Origin: Octopus vulgaris
Taxonomy: Eukaryota
Direction: 5' to 3'
Assembly (NCBI GenBank): GCA_951406725.2
Contig: OX597837.1
Location: 45,694,001 to 45,758,000 of the forward strand
DNA: 64,000 bases
Shown here in pieces: positions 28,796 through 42,382 of this stretch; within the stretch, counting starts at the first letter, position 1; each line of letters begins with the position of its first letter. Both the position numbers and the translations under genes were made by a program. Below the pieces are notes generated by a model. That model saw only the letters and a program-made list of their open reading frames with translations. It searched no databases and was not told the origin of the DNA.

Positions 28796-29445
28796 TATAG
28801 AGGACCCATTTCTCGTCACAAGTCACTATTCAGTCCAAAAAAGATTCAGTCATGAGACGTGACAGCAAAGAAGAGCACACATTCACTCTCTGCATGCAAT
28901 TAAACTCAGAAAGTTTGTGATGAACCCACTGACCCAATTTGCCAACTTTTCTGATGGCACCCAGGTGTCGATGAATGGTTGAATGACCAAATCTGAGCTT
29001 CTCTGCTAGTTCTTCAACAGTTACAATGGGATATCATTCTACCAGGGTTTGCGCAACATCCTCAGTTCTACAGATCTTCCAGAATGAGGATCGTCTTCTA
29101 GGCTGGAGTTTCCAGCTTGGAATTTCTGGAACAACCACTGACACTGGCTTACGCTTATTGTCCAGTCTTCATTTACTGCATTAATATTCCTCACACTTTC
29201 CCTCGCCTTTATTGAACTCATAAAGCAAAATACGCTGAATATGTTCATCTGTCACTGCCATTATAGCTTCATAAAAGTAATTGCTAAAATCGAACTGCAC
29301 TCTTTAAAACTTGCACTAAGAATAAGGACAAGGTAAAATTACTACCTGTTTTTATAGCAAGTTGATGCAGGTAGATTATCCCGTCCTCATCCAACTTTTA
29401 GTTCATGCAATTGAAAAAAACCGCATTGTTTATGGAATGACCCAA
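28796..29445 (-). pseudogene. mariner transposase 5' half with one TIR, disrupted
   Basis: TA followed by the TIR TTGGGTCATTCCATAAAC, then FQKFQAGNSSLEDDPHSGRS..GQWVHHKL (the WVPHEL motif)..IVTCDEKWVLY (first catalytic D). It is truncated after that point. Confidence 0.9.
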
Positions 29446-30054
29446 TATATGTGTTTTCTAGTCATTGGTAGCAGTTCAGAGTCTTTGATGCTCTTCACCA
29501 AAAACTGGCAGTTATAATGCAGTGAACATTCCACTTATTTAAATATGCACATGTTCTATAGCACAGGTCATATAGTGAGATGTTCTGACGCCACTTTTAC
29601 ATAAGACAGTGGTAATGTTACATGATGCTAAGTGCCATTCCTGCAGACACCACAATATGTTGTGGATATTGTGCTGACAATTTACAAGCCACTCATCAGC
29701 CAGCTGTCTCAAGCCATTATATACACAACCACATTATACCTCAACATATGTATAGACACACAAATATATACATGCGTGTGAATAGGCATAAACATATACG
29801 CGTACATAAATCTATATGAATACATAAATATGTATGCATATAAAATAAATGAAAGAAATATAGAGTCTGGTGCAGCCATCTGGTTCGCCAGACCTTAGTT
29901 AAATCGTCTAACCCATGCTAGCATGGAAAGCAGATGTTAAATGATGATGATGATGATATATATATTTGTATAGACATGTTTATACTTAAATATACATATA
30001 TGCGTATACACATACATATATGTATGTGTATATATACATATATGTATATATTCT

Positions 30055-30265
30055 TTTATCTTTTTACTTGATTCAGTCATTCGACTGTGGCCATGCTGGA
30101 GCACCACTTTTAGTTGAACAAATCGACCCCAGGACTTATTCTTTGTAAGCCTAGCTCTTATTCTATTGGTCTCTTTTGCCGAACCTCTAAGTTACAGGGA
30201 TGTAAAGACACCAACATCGACTGTCAAGTGATGGTGGGGGAACAAACACACATACACACACAAAT

Positions 30266-30301
<36 letters not shown>

Positions 30302-30500
30302 GATATATATGCATGTATGTATGTATGTATGTACAACAAGCTTCTTTCAGCTTCCATCTATCAAATCCACTCACAAGGCTTTGGCCGGCCCGTGGCTATA
30401 ATAGAAGATATTTGCACTAGGTGCCACACAGTGGGACAGAACCCGGAACTATGTGATTCAGAAGTGCTCAGAAGCAAGCTTCATACCACACATCCATGCT
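30055..30500 (-). mobile_element. SINE family A, full length
   Basis: Reverse complement of the 109-522 type. Confidence 0.85.
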
Positions 30501-30580
30501 ATATATATATATATATATATATACACATACACACACACACATGTATATACACACAGATATATGCATATACATATATATAC

Positions 30581-30629
<49 letters not shown>

Positions 30630-30667
30630 TACATATATGTATATATATATATGTATTTACATGTATG

Positions 30668-30714
<47 letters not shown>

Positions 30715-30904
30715 GTATATGCATATTTGGCCACAGTCAAATTACTGAAAGTAAAAGAATATATGTAAACATATATACATACATTTCTATGTATACACAT
30801 ACACATACATGCAGATACATATATGCAAACACACACATATAGATATACATACATATATATACAGACACACACATATATAACAACACAATCACGTATACAT
30901 AAAC

Positions 30905-30956
<52 letters not shown>

Positions 30957-31901
30957 GGAGAGAGAGAGAGAGAGATAGAGAGAGAGAGAAAGAGAGGTAC
31001 ACACAAAAAGAGAAAGTAAGAGAGATACAGAGAATGAGACAAGATTGCAACTTGCACTGGAATGCTCAAACACCATCAATTAAATGGAAGTCTGCAACTC
31101 TTCGGTGCCGACTAAGATACGATGAGTGTTTTAGAAAAATGATCGCATTTCTCCATGGCATCAGACAGCAAGTTGCAGTGCTATAAACCTCCATAAAAGA
31201 GAAATGGAATCAGCTTAAAGAAGAAGAAGCAAGAACCGCCTCGACTGGTACAGCTCCTAAAATCTTGCTCCGACACCTCCACAGACACACCCAGTCGCAA
31301 GACAGGGAGGGAGGTGTGTGTGGGTGTTTGTGTGGGTGGGTGTCTTATGTTGTGGCTTTTATCAACTTAAGATGCATCGTCCATCAGAGTCAATAATGAA
31401 GAACGGAGAAAGCAGAGACAAGTGAATTAAGAACCAAGGTATCAGGTTGCTTTAGTCTTTCTATGGAAACCCATTCTACGTGTAATCGTAATCAAAGAGT
31501 TATCGCTTTCCTTGCTCGATATTACATGAGTCGGTGGTGGTGGTGGTGGTGGTGGTGGTGGTGGTGTTGGTGGCGGTGCAGGAGGAGATGGCGGTGGGAA
31601 CGGAGGCGGCGGTGGTGGTGGTGGCTCTGAGAAATGGTATGCGTGCATGTGTGTGTGTGTGTGTGTGTGTGCTGAGATGGGTAAGAAACACAACATCGAT
31701 GCTGATAGATGAGTGAGTGACGATGAGTAAACTGAGAGGAGGGGGGGCGAAAGAGAGAGGAAAAAAAGAAGAATGGAAAGTGTAAGTGGAGAACTTGCAA
31801 AGCATGTATGTAGGTGGCTAGCTACATACATACACACCACCATGTATGTATGTGTACACACATCATACACACATATACATATATATATATATATACATAT
31901 A

Positions 31902-31948
<47 letters not shown>

Positions 31949-32146
31949 TCATCATCATATATGTATGAATATATATGTATATATATATATGTATATATAT
32001 ACAGGTAGGTGTAAGCATGGCTGTGTGGTAAGAAGCTTGCTTCACAACCCCATGGTTCCAAGTTCAGTCCCCATACATGACACCTTGGGCAAGTATCTTC
32101 TTTTATAGTCACAGGCCATCCAAAGCCTTACATATATGTATGCATG

Positions 32147-32185
<39 letters not shown>

Positions 32186-32791
32186 ATGTATGTATGTATG
32201 TATGTATGTGTATGTATGTATGTATGTATGTATGTATGTATGTATGTGTGTGTGTGTATGTATTCATGCATGCATGTATGTATGTGTGTGAGTGTGTTTG
32301 TCCCCCACCACCACTTGACAAGTGGTGTTGGTGTGTTTACATCCTTGCAGCTTAGTAGTTCAGCAAAAGAGACGGATAAAATAAGTACCAGGCTTTAAGA
32401 AAAAAAAGTGTTGGCATCGATTCACTCGACCAGAAACTCTTCAGCACAATGCCACACAGAATGGCTGCAGTCTACTGACTGATATAAGTAACAGATACAT
32501 AATCCAATATCATCATTTTCCAACATCCGCCTTCCAGGCTACCATGGGTCGGACTATATACATACATACATATACATTATGGACATACATATATATATAT
32601 ATATATATATAACCGCTGCCGCTGCCTCTTCTTCTTTTTCTTCTTTTTCTTCATCATCACCATCATCATCAACAATAACAACAACATAATTATTAAGGCG
32701 TCAAGCCAGTAGAATCGTTAGTGTACTGGACGAAATGCTTAGTGATATTTCACCTGTCACTACATTCTGAGCTCAAATTCCACCAAGGTCG

Positions 32792-33022
32792 GCATGAACT
32801 GATTAGATTTTGGGATCGATCCAGTACCCGACAAAGAAACTGGATTATTTTTCGTTTTTTTACTTAATTTTTGAGAGTGGTCTGGTTCATTTTTAGTATT
32901 CTCATTTGTGAGAGCAGTTGAGTTTATTTCAGGTATTTTCATTTTAAAAATCATCTCTGGATAATCGTTGAGAGGACGTTGGTGTTGCCTTGGCAGAGGT
33001 TTGCGCTCTCTGGGTGTTCTTG
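32792..33022 (+). mobile_element. Helentron-associated (HINE-like) element 3' part
   Basis: Contains gattagattttggga..gatcc and the terminal ccttggcagaggtttgcgctctctgggtgttcttgtt, resembling a Helentron sub-TIR plus hairpin end. Confidence 0.55.
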
Positions 33023-34630
33023 TTATTATTATTATTAAGTGAGAGAGCAGTGTATGTCATCAAAGTGACACTGGGGTAAAATATATGGAGCCCAGTATAG
33101 CCATCATGACTACCCGTCTGATAAAGGTTATTATTATTATTATTATTATTATCATTATTACCAGCTTACTAGATTTATAGTAACAATATACTAAAATTAC
33201 AATAATCCAGGGCAGTTATAACTACCTCTCTTAAAACAATCTCAAAACTTCTAGGATGCATTTCACGTGTGTGTGGGGGGGGGGGGAGGGGGAGAGAGGG
33301 AGAGAGAGAGGGGGAGCGGTTTCTTTTCAATTATATTGCATTGATCTGGTCAACCCATTGAAATTTAATTACAATTCAAGATGTTATTCTTGATTCGGTC
33401 ACTATTTTCCAAAGCATCCCTTTCTCTCTCTCTCTCTCTTTTCTCTTCCCTCATTACATCCATATTAACATTCTTGTAAATATGCACATTACAATTGGGA
33501 AAAGTGGAATATACTGTATATGGTCAAACCATTGAAATATAATTGTAATTGCAAGTCAAGATGTTGTTCTCGATACAGTTATTGTTTGCAAAACTATCAC
33601 GTTCTTTTTCTCTCTTCTTTCCCTCATTATATACATTTTAACATATTTATGAATTTAAAAAATGATGAATGTGTGTGTGTGTGTGTCTGTATGTTGTTCT
33701 GTTTGTTCAAAAGATCAAAAAGAAGGATATGTATTAACATGGTTGTGGATATAAACATTGCATTTTGAGGAATAAGAAAAGAAGAGATTCTTAAGTAAGT
33801 ATAATCACAATTATAAAGTTTGACATAAATTTGAAGAGGCCAAAACCCAATGAAAAATGTAGATTCCTTCTAATGGGGGTTGATTTCAAAATGATATTCT
33901 TGGAGAGGGCGAAACTGGAATATTCCATAACTGCATTATTTCTGCCATTCTTCCTTTCTCAAAAATACGAAATTTCAAAATTTCTTCTCTACTAAACAAA
34001 ACAAAACAATATTCGCTCTTTGATTTGCATAAAAGACAAAGAAACTTTCCGTTTTATTATCTTGGTTTTATTCAGAAGAATTTGGTTAAATGAACGAAAG
34101 CACTAATAAAGAATTATTCAAAATTCTGACTGCCTCCTTTTTCTCAATACATACATACACACACACATATATATGTATGTATATATTAGGCGCAGGAGTG
34201 ACTGTGTGGTAAGTAGCTTGTTTCCCAACCACATGGTTTCAGGTTCAGTCCCACTGCGTGGCACCTTGGACAAGTGTCTTCTGCTATAGCCCCGGGCCAA
34301 CCAAAGCCTTGTGAGTGGATTTGGTAGACGGAAACTGAACGAACCCCTATATGTATATATGTGTGTTTGCCCCCCCCCCCCCACATCGCTTGACAACCAA
34401 TATTGCTGTGTTCGGTAAACAAGTAAAAGGTAAAAGAAAAAAAGACACACACACATACCACAGACTTCCTGCACTTTCTGATGACTAAATTCTCTCACAG
34501 AACATTGGTTGGCATCAGCTTGAAGCAGAAGACACTTACTGAAGTGCTGTACTTTGATTAATAAGTAGACCTATCCTCCACACACCCATGCTCTTCTCTC
34601 CTCCTCACTCTGTGTGTGTATGTGTGTGTG

Positions 34631-34665
<35 letters not shown>

Positions 34666-35053
34666 CAGACAGGCAGACAGATTAAAGTGGATCAATTAAG
34701 ATCAAGGCATATAAAAAGCGAAGCACACAACATTAATGGCTGTACAGTACAACACTGATCAACGGATAAGCAGAGTCCACTGTTATTTGGTAATTGGCAG
34801 CTCCAAGAAGAGAACTTCAGCATCGTGTAAAACGACAATAAAAACAAACGGAGTTTACAGTATTGCTATAATCATTTCATTAAGAGATTTTATTGCAGTG
34901 TAGCATCTCGTACAGGTAAGTGCAGCGTCTAACATAGTGCAGAAAAAAAAAAAGAAAGAAACCCCCGAAATCTACCTGCCATTGGCTTATGCTGTCCAGC
35001 AGCACATCAGTATTTGCTCTCATGCAAATGGTGTAGCCTGAAGATTTATAGAT

Positions 35054-35349
35054 AAGTGGTTCTAACCCAGGGTTTATATGACCCTTGGGAGCCCAAATAA
35101 GATTTTTGGGGTTTACACAAGTAAAATATTAAATTGGGGATCCACAGTAGTATTTTAAGGTCCATGAAAATATTTCATACAAGACATATTTATGTATTGC
35201 AAAGAAACGGCAAGGTTTCTTTCTTTGATGTTTTACCATGATTCAATATGTTTCTGGCCATTGAAAGAACATTTTCTCAGACAGACACTTCTGCAAACTT
35301 ACACGAATGAATATGTGACAAAAAGAGGAATTTTGAAAGAATTTTGAAA

Positions 35350-35392
<43 letters not shown>

Positions 35393-35484
35393 CTAACTTT
35401 TAAACATTGAATAGCTATGGGTGTCCACCAATACGAAATAGTAGTCGAAGGGGTCTACAGGCAAAAAATGGTTAAGAACCACTG
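35054..35484. mobile_element. hAT (Charlie-like) MITE
   Basis: TIRs agtggttctaacc / ggttaagaaccactg, with degenerate 8-bp flanks ttatagat / ccatagac. Confidence 0.7.
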
Positions 35485-36367
35485 CCATAGACGACGCTCT
35501 TCATACCTTCCCACTTGTAAGATGTTACAATGCAATAAAATCTCTTAATGAAATGATTCTAGCAATACTGTATACTCCATTCGTTTGTTTTTATTGTTTT
35601 ATGTAGCAGCAGATAGGGGTTTGATGGTTTGACATGGCCCAGTGATCCCAAAGATCATATGTTCCAGGGTTTCTACAGCTGGAAGCCCTTCCTAACACCA
35701 ACCCCTTTACAGCATGTCCTGGGTTCCTTTTTTTTTTCTTGTGTCACAGCACTAGTGAGTTTGCTATGGGACCCGCAAGACTAAATAATAATGAGGGGGT
35801 CAGCTTTATGCTAGTAGATGAAGGATAAAAGTACAAAAGAAGGGGTCAGAGCAGAAGGGATTTTTTGCTGTAAGGGAGCCACATGACCATTCATATTTTA
35901 GAAAAGGGGGTGGGATGGACTGATCAGAAGAAGCTGGAGAGCAATGAAAATAGTGATGATGAGATGTTAGGTTGGACTTACAAGGTAATACGATAAGGAA
36001 TGTGGAAATGGAGGAACCAGGAGTGTGGGTGGATGAGTGGAGGTTGCAAGAGCGTATGGTAAGAGATAGGGAATGGATGAGGAAAGAGGTGGCAGGAGAC
36101 CACCAATGACAGATGAGAGATTAATGTATATATATATATATATATATATACTCTTACTTTTACTCTTTTACTTGTTTCAGTTATTTGACTGCGACCATGC
36201 TGGAGCAACACCTTTAGTCGAGCAAATCAACCCTAGGACTTATTCTTTGGAAGCCTAGTACTTATTCTATCGGTCTCTTATGCTGAACCGCTAAGTTACA
36301 GGGACATAAACACACCAGCATCGGTTGTCAAGCAATGCTGGGGGTACAAACACAGACACACAAATAT

Positions 36368-36458
<91 letters not shown>

Positions 36459-36940
36459 TACAACGGGCTTCTTTTCAGTTACTGTCTACCAAATCCACAA
36501 ACGCCACATCTACTACCACCACAACCTCAACCACTATGACCACCACCACTACTACCATCACCATTATTACAACAACTGCCACCACCACCATGACCACCAC
36601 CAGCATCTTTAATTGTTTTTTATACTCAGTAACCCAATCCAGTCTCTCTTACAGGGAAAACTCAGGGCAAGGAGAAGGGGGGAAGAGCAGGGAGGATGAG
36701 AGACGGAGCAGGGGGGTAAGGTGGCACATGTCTTGGCGCTGGAAGAATAAGCCACGACGTTGCTGCCATCAATAGTTTTGGAAGACACGCAAAAAAGCAA
36801 AAAAGGAGTCGATAAATTTTTACTCTAAGAACATCCAAACACTGACTGCTTTTGGTAAGAACTAGCTCTGTGTGTGTGTTTGTGTGGCAGCAGATGTGTG
36901 TGTGTGTGTGTGTGTTTATACACACACATAAATATACATG

Positions 36941-37015
<75 letters not shown>

Positions 37016-37020
37016 GAAAT

Positions 37021-37291
37021 AGTGTGCATTTAATCACAAGAGAAAACTGCCTTCAACAGGCAGTTTTTGAATGCTAGAAGAAGCAGTCAAAATGACCAAA
37101 ACCACATTTTATTTGCTAAAAAATTTAGAAACCTAGGTCTGACCGGAATAAAATAACAAGGTAAAAGTTTTTATTTTTCATTCCTTTTCAAGATTGCTCT
37201 TTAATGTGGTTTTGGTCGTTTTGACTGCTTCTTCTAGCGTGTAAAAACTGCCTGTTGAAGGCAGTTTTTATCTTGTGTTTAAATGTTCACT
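37021..37291. mobile_element. Fold-back element with ~88-bp inverted arms
   Basis: 37021-37108 is the reverse complement of 37203-37291 (aaaactgccttcaacaggcagttttt..aaaaccacatt), and the element lies between (TA)n runs. Confidence 0.85.
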
Positions 37292-37391
37292 AGTATATAT
37301 TTGAGAATATATTGTCTATTGACTTTTTATATATGCTAGGCCACTAGTAGTGTAATTTCTAAAAAAACTCACTACCCTATATATATTTTAC

Positions 37392-37437
<46 letters not shown>

Positions 37438-37490
37438 GCAGGCAGGCAGGCAGTCAGACAGACAGACAGACAGATACATACATACATACA

Positions 37491-37540
<50 letters not shown>

Positions 37541-38016
37541 CAGTTAATAAAAGAAAATGGAGAAGAAATATAAAGGATACTTGGTTAATTTTATTTACAT
37601 CATAATGAAAAAAAGTAATACATATAAGATTCAGGATTTAAAGGAACTGAATCGACAAAAGAAATAAACATAAAAGAATCCTACATACGTTTCAATCATC
37701 AGCATTCACGCAATGTTAGATTTAAAATAAACCCACATTGTGTCCAGATCTTCTCAGTGGGGGATGTTTACTTTCTGGTGGTGATTGAAACTTAATGGCC
37801 TGATTGAAACATATGTAGGATTCATTTATGTCTATTTCTTTTGTTAATTCAGTTCCTTTAAATCCTGAATCTTATATATATTACATTTTTACCATTATTT
37901 ACATATGGTGTAGTGATTAAGAGCACAGGCTACTAACCCCAAGATTCTGAGTTCGATTCCAAGCAGTGATCTGAATAATAAATATTAAAATGATAATGAT
38001 AATAATAATAAAAATA

Positions 38017-38290
38017 ATGCCCTGATGCAGTACCAGGCAGTGGCTCTCGTGGCTTCTAATCTTAACTGATTGGAAGTGTTATCATATACATTGTAAATTC
38101 TAACTGGGCCTCACCTGCAAGGTCATATGCTGTATATCTTCATATGAGATCACCATGTCACGCACATATGGTTGTGATGCATGTGCCTAGTGTACCCTTA
38201 TCAGACGGGTAGTCATGATGGGTATATTGGGCTTCGTATATTTGCACCCCAGTGTCACTTTGATGACATGCACTGCTCTCTCACTCAATA
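38017..38290 (+). mobile_element. LINE-type 3' UTR fragment inserted in (AAT)n
   Basis: Ends ccccagtgtcactttgatg.catgcactgctctctcactc(aat)n. The same end occurs in reverse at 14582-14628 and 33038-33125. Confidence 0.6.
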
Positions 38291-38364
38291 ATAATAATAG
38301 CAACAATAATAATAATATCGAAAAATACCTTAGGAATGAGAACCCATGTTTGAAATTTCCCCAA

Positions 38365-38410
38365 GACACCTGAAGAAGGCTGGAGGGTATATCAGCCGAA
38401 ACGTTGTGTT
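38365..38410 (+). ncRNA. Minimal type I hammerhead ribozyme motif
   Basis: gacac-CTGAAGA-a-GGCTG(gagggtatat)CAGCC-GAAACGTT-gtgtt gives stem I gacac/gtgtt, an intact CUGANGA and GAAA core, and a palindromic stem III AACGTT. Confidence 0.75.
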
Positions 38411-38744
38411 AACAACAAACAAGATGAGGACAAATATCTCTCAAATGTAAATAATGTACATAATTCCTCATTCCAACTGTATTACATTTTTTCATCATGA
38501 CACAAATAAGATTAACCAAGTATCCATTATATTTCTTCTCCATATTCTTTTATTAACTTTACACATTATTGCACAGTTTATCCATATATATTGCGGAACT
38601 TTCAATATATTTGATGACACCAACTGATATTTGGATTTTTATAAAGAAAATAACTTATGAGGAAATTACATCATCAATATTTGAATTATATATCTTTTAT
38701 CTTTTATGGGTTTCAGCCAGAGGCTGAGGCCATGCTGGTGCACT

Positions 38745-39684
38745 GCCCTTACTGCATCCGGGGATTTTTCCAGTATTGCTTCTGGTGAAGCAGCGAGTTG
38801 GACCTTGCCACTTTTAACCCTTACCTTCAGTTCCTCTTTGGTGTTACAAATTTTGTTGGTCTCTTGCTCAACTGTGCCCTACACATAATAATCAAGGGGG
38901 TTACAGTCTGGGAAAATAGGTGGCCAGATGTTAGGGGGTATCACTCCAAACACCAGGATGTTGACCGGATGTTTAATTTTTATCATTCTTGGTACATGTT
39001 TTGGGGACATGGCAAGACAACAGTTGTTCTGTGTGTTCACCAACTGATCTTTGCAGAAATTTTTCTTGTCTGAGAAAAACCAAATCATGTTCGGTTGGAG
39101 GGGACACTTGAGTTTGTTCAAAAGCTTCATAGTGTGGTCTTCCCTCTTGTCCTTGATGGCTTGGGATAAAAACTGGCCCTTTCTCATCTTGTATAAGGAA
39201 CACCAAATGTCTTCATGCACTACCTGCCTGATAAGAAGCTCAAACACTCCCATGTCCCTAGCGATGGACCTGATTGACTAGGAGGGATGGTTGTCAATCA
39301 TGGCCTGGATCTCACCAACAAATTCAGGAGTTTCTTTTCTTATCAAAACAGGAAGAGTGAGTTTTCCAAGCTGCCATACCTTGTAATACCCATTAGACTC
39401 GTCCATCTCTTTCTAAATCCTCTACACTGTCCTCAGATTGACACCCAAGCACTCTGAAATGTTCATATTGGAGCTTCCGGCATGAATGCCAAGCAGTACA
39501 GCATGTCATCTCCAAAGTCTGGCAGAGTGAATTGTGTCATGGTGTTATTTTTCCCACAGATGGTGCCAACTGACCCTACTATACTGTGTAGTTGACAAAA
39601 TCAAAATCAAAAAAACAAACAAACAATGCACATGTACAAAATTAAAAATAGAAAACGGCAACAATTTACCCATCGCACCTTATT
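38745..39684 (-). pseudogene. Tc1/mariner (maT / DD37D-like) transposase relic with internal deletion
   Basis: WFFSDKKNFCKDQLVNTQNN..KHPVNILVFGVI is joined directly to PNIWPPIFPDCNPLDYYV (the SPDLNP motif), so the segment with the second D is missing. A TIR-like ggtgcgatgggtaaattg lies next to (TA)n. Confidence 0.85.
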
Positions 39685-39689
39685 TATAT

Positions 39690-39733
<44 letters not shown>

Positions 39734-41092
39734 GCTTGTTTTAGTTTCTATCAACAAAATTCATTCACAAGGCTTTTGTCAGCTAGAGGCTATAATAGAA
39801 GAAACTTGCCCAAGGTTCCAGGCAATAGGATTGAACCCAGAACCATGTGGTTAGGAAGTAAACCTCTTACTAGTCAGCTATGCCTCCACCAGAGTTAGCA
39901 ATATTTATAGGTTCTGCAATTGCTACATCCTAGCCCTTCAGCATTTTAAACCAACCACATCTGCCCCAAATATTCTACTTGTTCCATGTTTAAATCAGCC
40001 AGGTCCTGCCTTTCATACCTACCCTACAATGCTGTTCTAAAACTAAACAATAACATCATTCAAAAATCTCAACGCTCCAAGACAATGCATGACCGATTCC
40101 AAACAATATGAACAAATAAGCATTACATTTGACAGAATAATCTGAATGCCAAAAGGCAAGAACACGTCTACGTCTATCTTTACAACCAATCAGTCAATGT
40201 GTTTACAGAAACAGTTATGTATCACTCCAGTTATTTCAATTACATAACGGCTGATATTCACATTCCTTAACGGCCATAGAATTTCCCATTCCACAGCTAA
40301 GCCAATGTAATTCCTCAATGTTTAGACTTGCTTCTGCACATTACAGCCATTTGGCATTGCTGTATCAACAACTTAAAGACTATTGTCATTTTTGTCATGG
40401 CGTATAATAATATCAGGCTTATAGCAATCATATATTTTCACACGATTAACCTTCATCTTTAAAGATAAGAAAAAAAAACATTTTTAATTTTTTCTTTTTT
40501 TTTCTTTTACTTCTTTCACTGTCCCAGTCTTGAGACAGCATTCAACCGGTGTGGGTTGAGCTGGCTTCATTCATCCTGAATGCTGCATCTCTCACAGACA
40601 CCGACCAGGCCTGGTGATTTGAGGCTAACGACCGTGTGATCTCCAATCACTCCTTATTCCAGTGGCGAACGCCGTAGATATGGGGGCCTAGGTTGGGTTC
40701 CAGATCAGCCTTGACTGTCATCAGCCAGGTTTTTCATTGTCCACCACATCGGTTTTAGTTTGTTTACTCCTTTTAATATAGCTGTTCAAGAAAAGAGACC
40801 GATAAAATAGTTACCAAACTTAAGAAAAAGACCCCCCTTAAGTCCTGGGGTCAATTTGTTTGACATCAAGTCATTGCCCCAGCATGGCCACAGGACAATG
40901 ACTGAAACAAGTATACATATATATATTATAGTGTGGCTGTGTGGTTAAGAACACAAACACACACACTCACACAACACATATACACATATTCACAATAGGC
41001 TTCTTTCAGTTTCCGTCTATTAGACACTTGCCCATGGTGGCATGCAGTGGGAACCATGGGGTAGGGAAACAAACTTCTTAACCACACAGCCA

Positions 41093-41137
<45 letters not shown>

Positions 41138-41279
41138 GTATATACATTATACTTTTATTCTTAATAACCACAGCCATGCTATGACACCACCACTACCATC
41201 GACAACCATTCCTATTTGGTTGGCTTTTGGTGGATGAGGGAGTTTGATATTGTTGTCTTCATCTGAATTTCTTGCCATA

Positions 41280-41637
41280 ATTTGGGATCATCTGGGACCT
41301 TGTAACAGCAGAAGGTTAAGGTGCTTCTTGGAAACATCTACCCCCACTCTATGTAGATCTCTCAGGTCTTTTGGAAAGATATTAAATAGTTGTGGGCCTC
41401 TGAATCGCAAGCTATTGCAGTACCTGGTCCTTACGCTAGACAGGTTGGATGGGACCTTTGGTACAATGCAATGCATCCTGTTTGGAAACTGGTATAACTG
41501 ATGATGTCAGAGTTTGGCACCAGCCCCTTTAGGCTCACCTATGTTTATCACCAGACTTCTCCTGCTTTTGTTTGGAATTCTTCCAGTCTCTCCCAAAGGC
41601 TCAAGTGTTTCACTGATGCAATCTTTTTGGTGTAGCA
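41280..41637 (-). mobile_element. CR1-group (L2/Crack-like) LINE ORF2 C-terminal fragment
   Basis: YTKKIASVKHLSLWERLE..GLVPN..RYCNSLRFRGPQLFNIFPKDLRDL. Confidence 0.7.
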
Positions 41638-41654
41638 TTATATAAATGCTACAT

Positions 41655-41826
41655 TATAATAAGCTGCCAGACGAGATAGTGAAGATGCCGACGATCGCTC
41701 GGTTCAAAGTCTCTCTTGACCAGAAATGGCCTGAACTCTTTGCATGAACACCCTCCCTGTACATAACTCCATGTCCCTCTACGTGGCCTTGCTTTTTGCT
41801 TTTTGAGCCAAAAAATTAACTTAACT
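41655..41826 (+). mobile_element. CR1 LINE extreme 3' end
   Basis: NKLPDEIVKMPTIARFKVSLDQKWPELFA* followed by a short UTR ending (ttaac)n. Confidence 0.65.
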
Positions 41827-41879
41827 ATAAAGCTTTTATCTACATATTATTATATACCATAAATAATTAAAACCTGTGA

Positions 41880-42170
41880 AGGTACGTGGCTTAGTGGTTA
41901 GGGTATTCAGTTCATAATCATAAGGTCATGAGTTCAATTCCCGGCAATGCATTGTGTCCTTGAGCAAGACACTTTATTTCACATTGCTCCATTCCACTCA
42001 GCTGGCAAAAATGAGTGACACCTGTAATTCCATGGGCCTACCTTGACACACTCTGTGTTATGCTGAATCTCACCAAGAATTATTGCAGGGACGTGTGTCT
42101 GTGGAGCGCTCAGCCACTTGTATGTTAATTTCACAAGCAGGCTGTTCCATTGATTGGATCGACTGTGCCA
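41880..42170 (+). mobile_element. tRNA-derived CORE-type SINE family D
   Basis: tggcttagtggttag (A box), gagttcaattcc (B box) and tgtgtccttgagcaagacactt (CORE-like). Copies lie at about 18143, 26600(-), 28185 and 47355-48378(-). Confidence 0.85.
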
Positions 42171-42194
42171 GTAATAAAAATATATATATAAATG

Positions 42195-42382
42195 TGACTG
42201 CGTGTGTACCGTTGGCGATTTTTTTCCTCCGTCTTCCTTTCTCTGCATCTTTCCTTTTCCTATGTTTCTGACGAAGAGCTCTGCTCAAAACATAAAACAC
42301 TCCTTCTTCCCTTCCTTCCCGAGCGTTCAGTAATACTATATTTGTTCCACATCCTCACGTTGTTGTGTTTTCATGTTTGGAT

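Larger units (their letters stand above)
37902..38470 (+). mobile_element. tRNA-headed SINE with hammerhead-bearing tail (itself interrupted at about 38017-38290)
   Basis: A-box-like tggtgtagtga and B-box gagttcgattcc, then (AAT)n, then a tail containing the hammerhead motif. Confidence 0.65.
37542..38558. mobile_element. Fold-back element interrupted by nested insertions
   Basis: Left arm at 37542-37697. The right arm is split into 37801-37897 and 38478-38558. Confidence 0.75.

Noticed and set aside
31442-31870. Proline-rich ORF
   Set aside because: It is a (GGT)n repeat with no splice signals or recognisable domain.
37902-37975. tRNA gene
   Set aside because: It has A and B boxes but no convincing acceptor stem, so it is better explained as a SINE head. 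The same applies to the other SINE heads.
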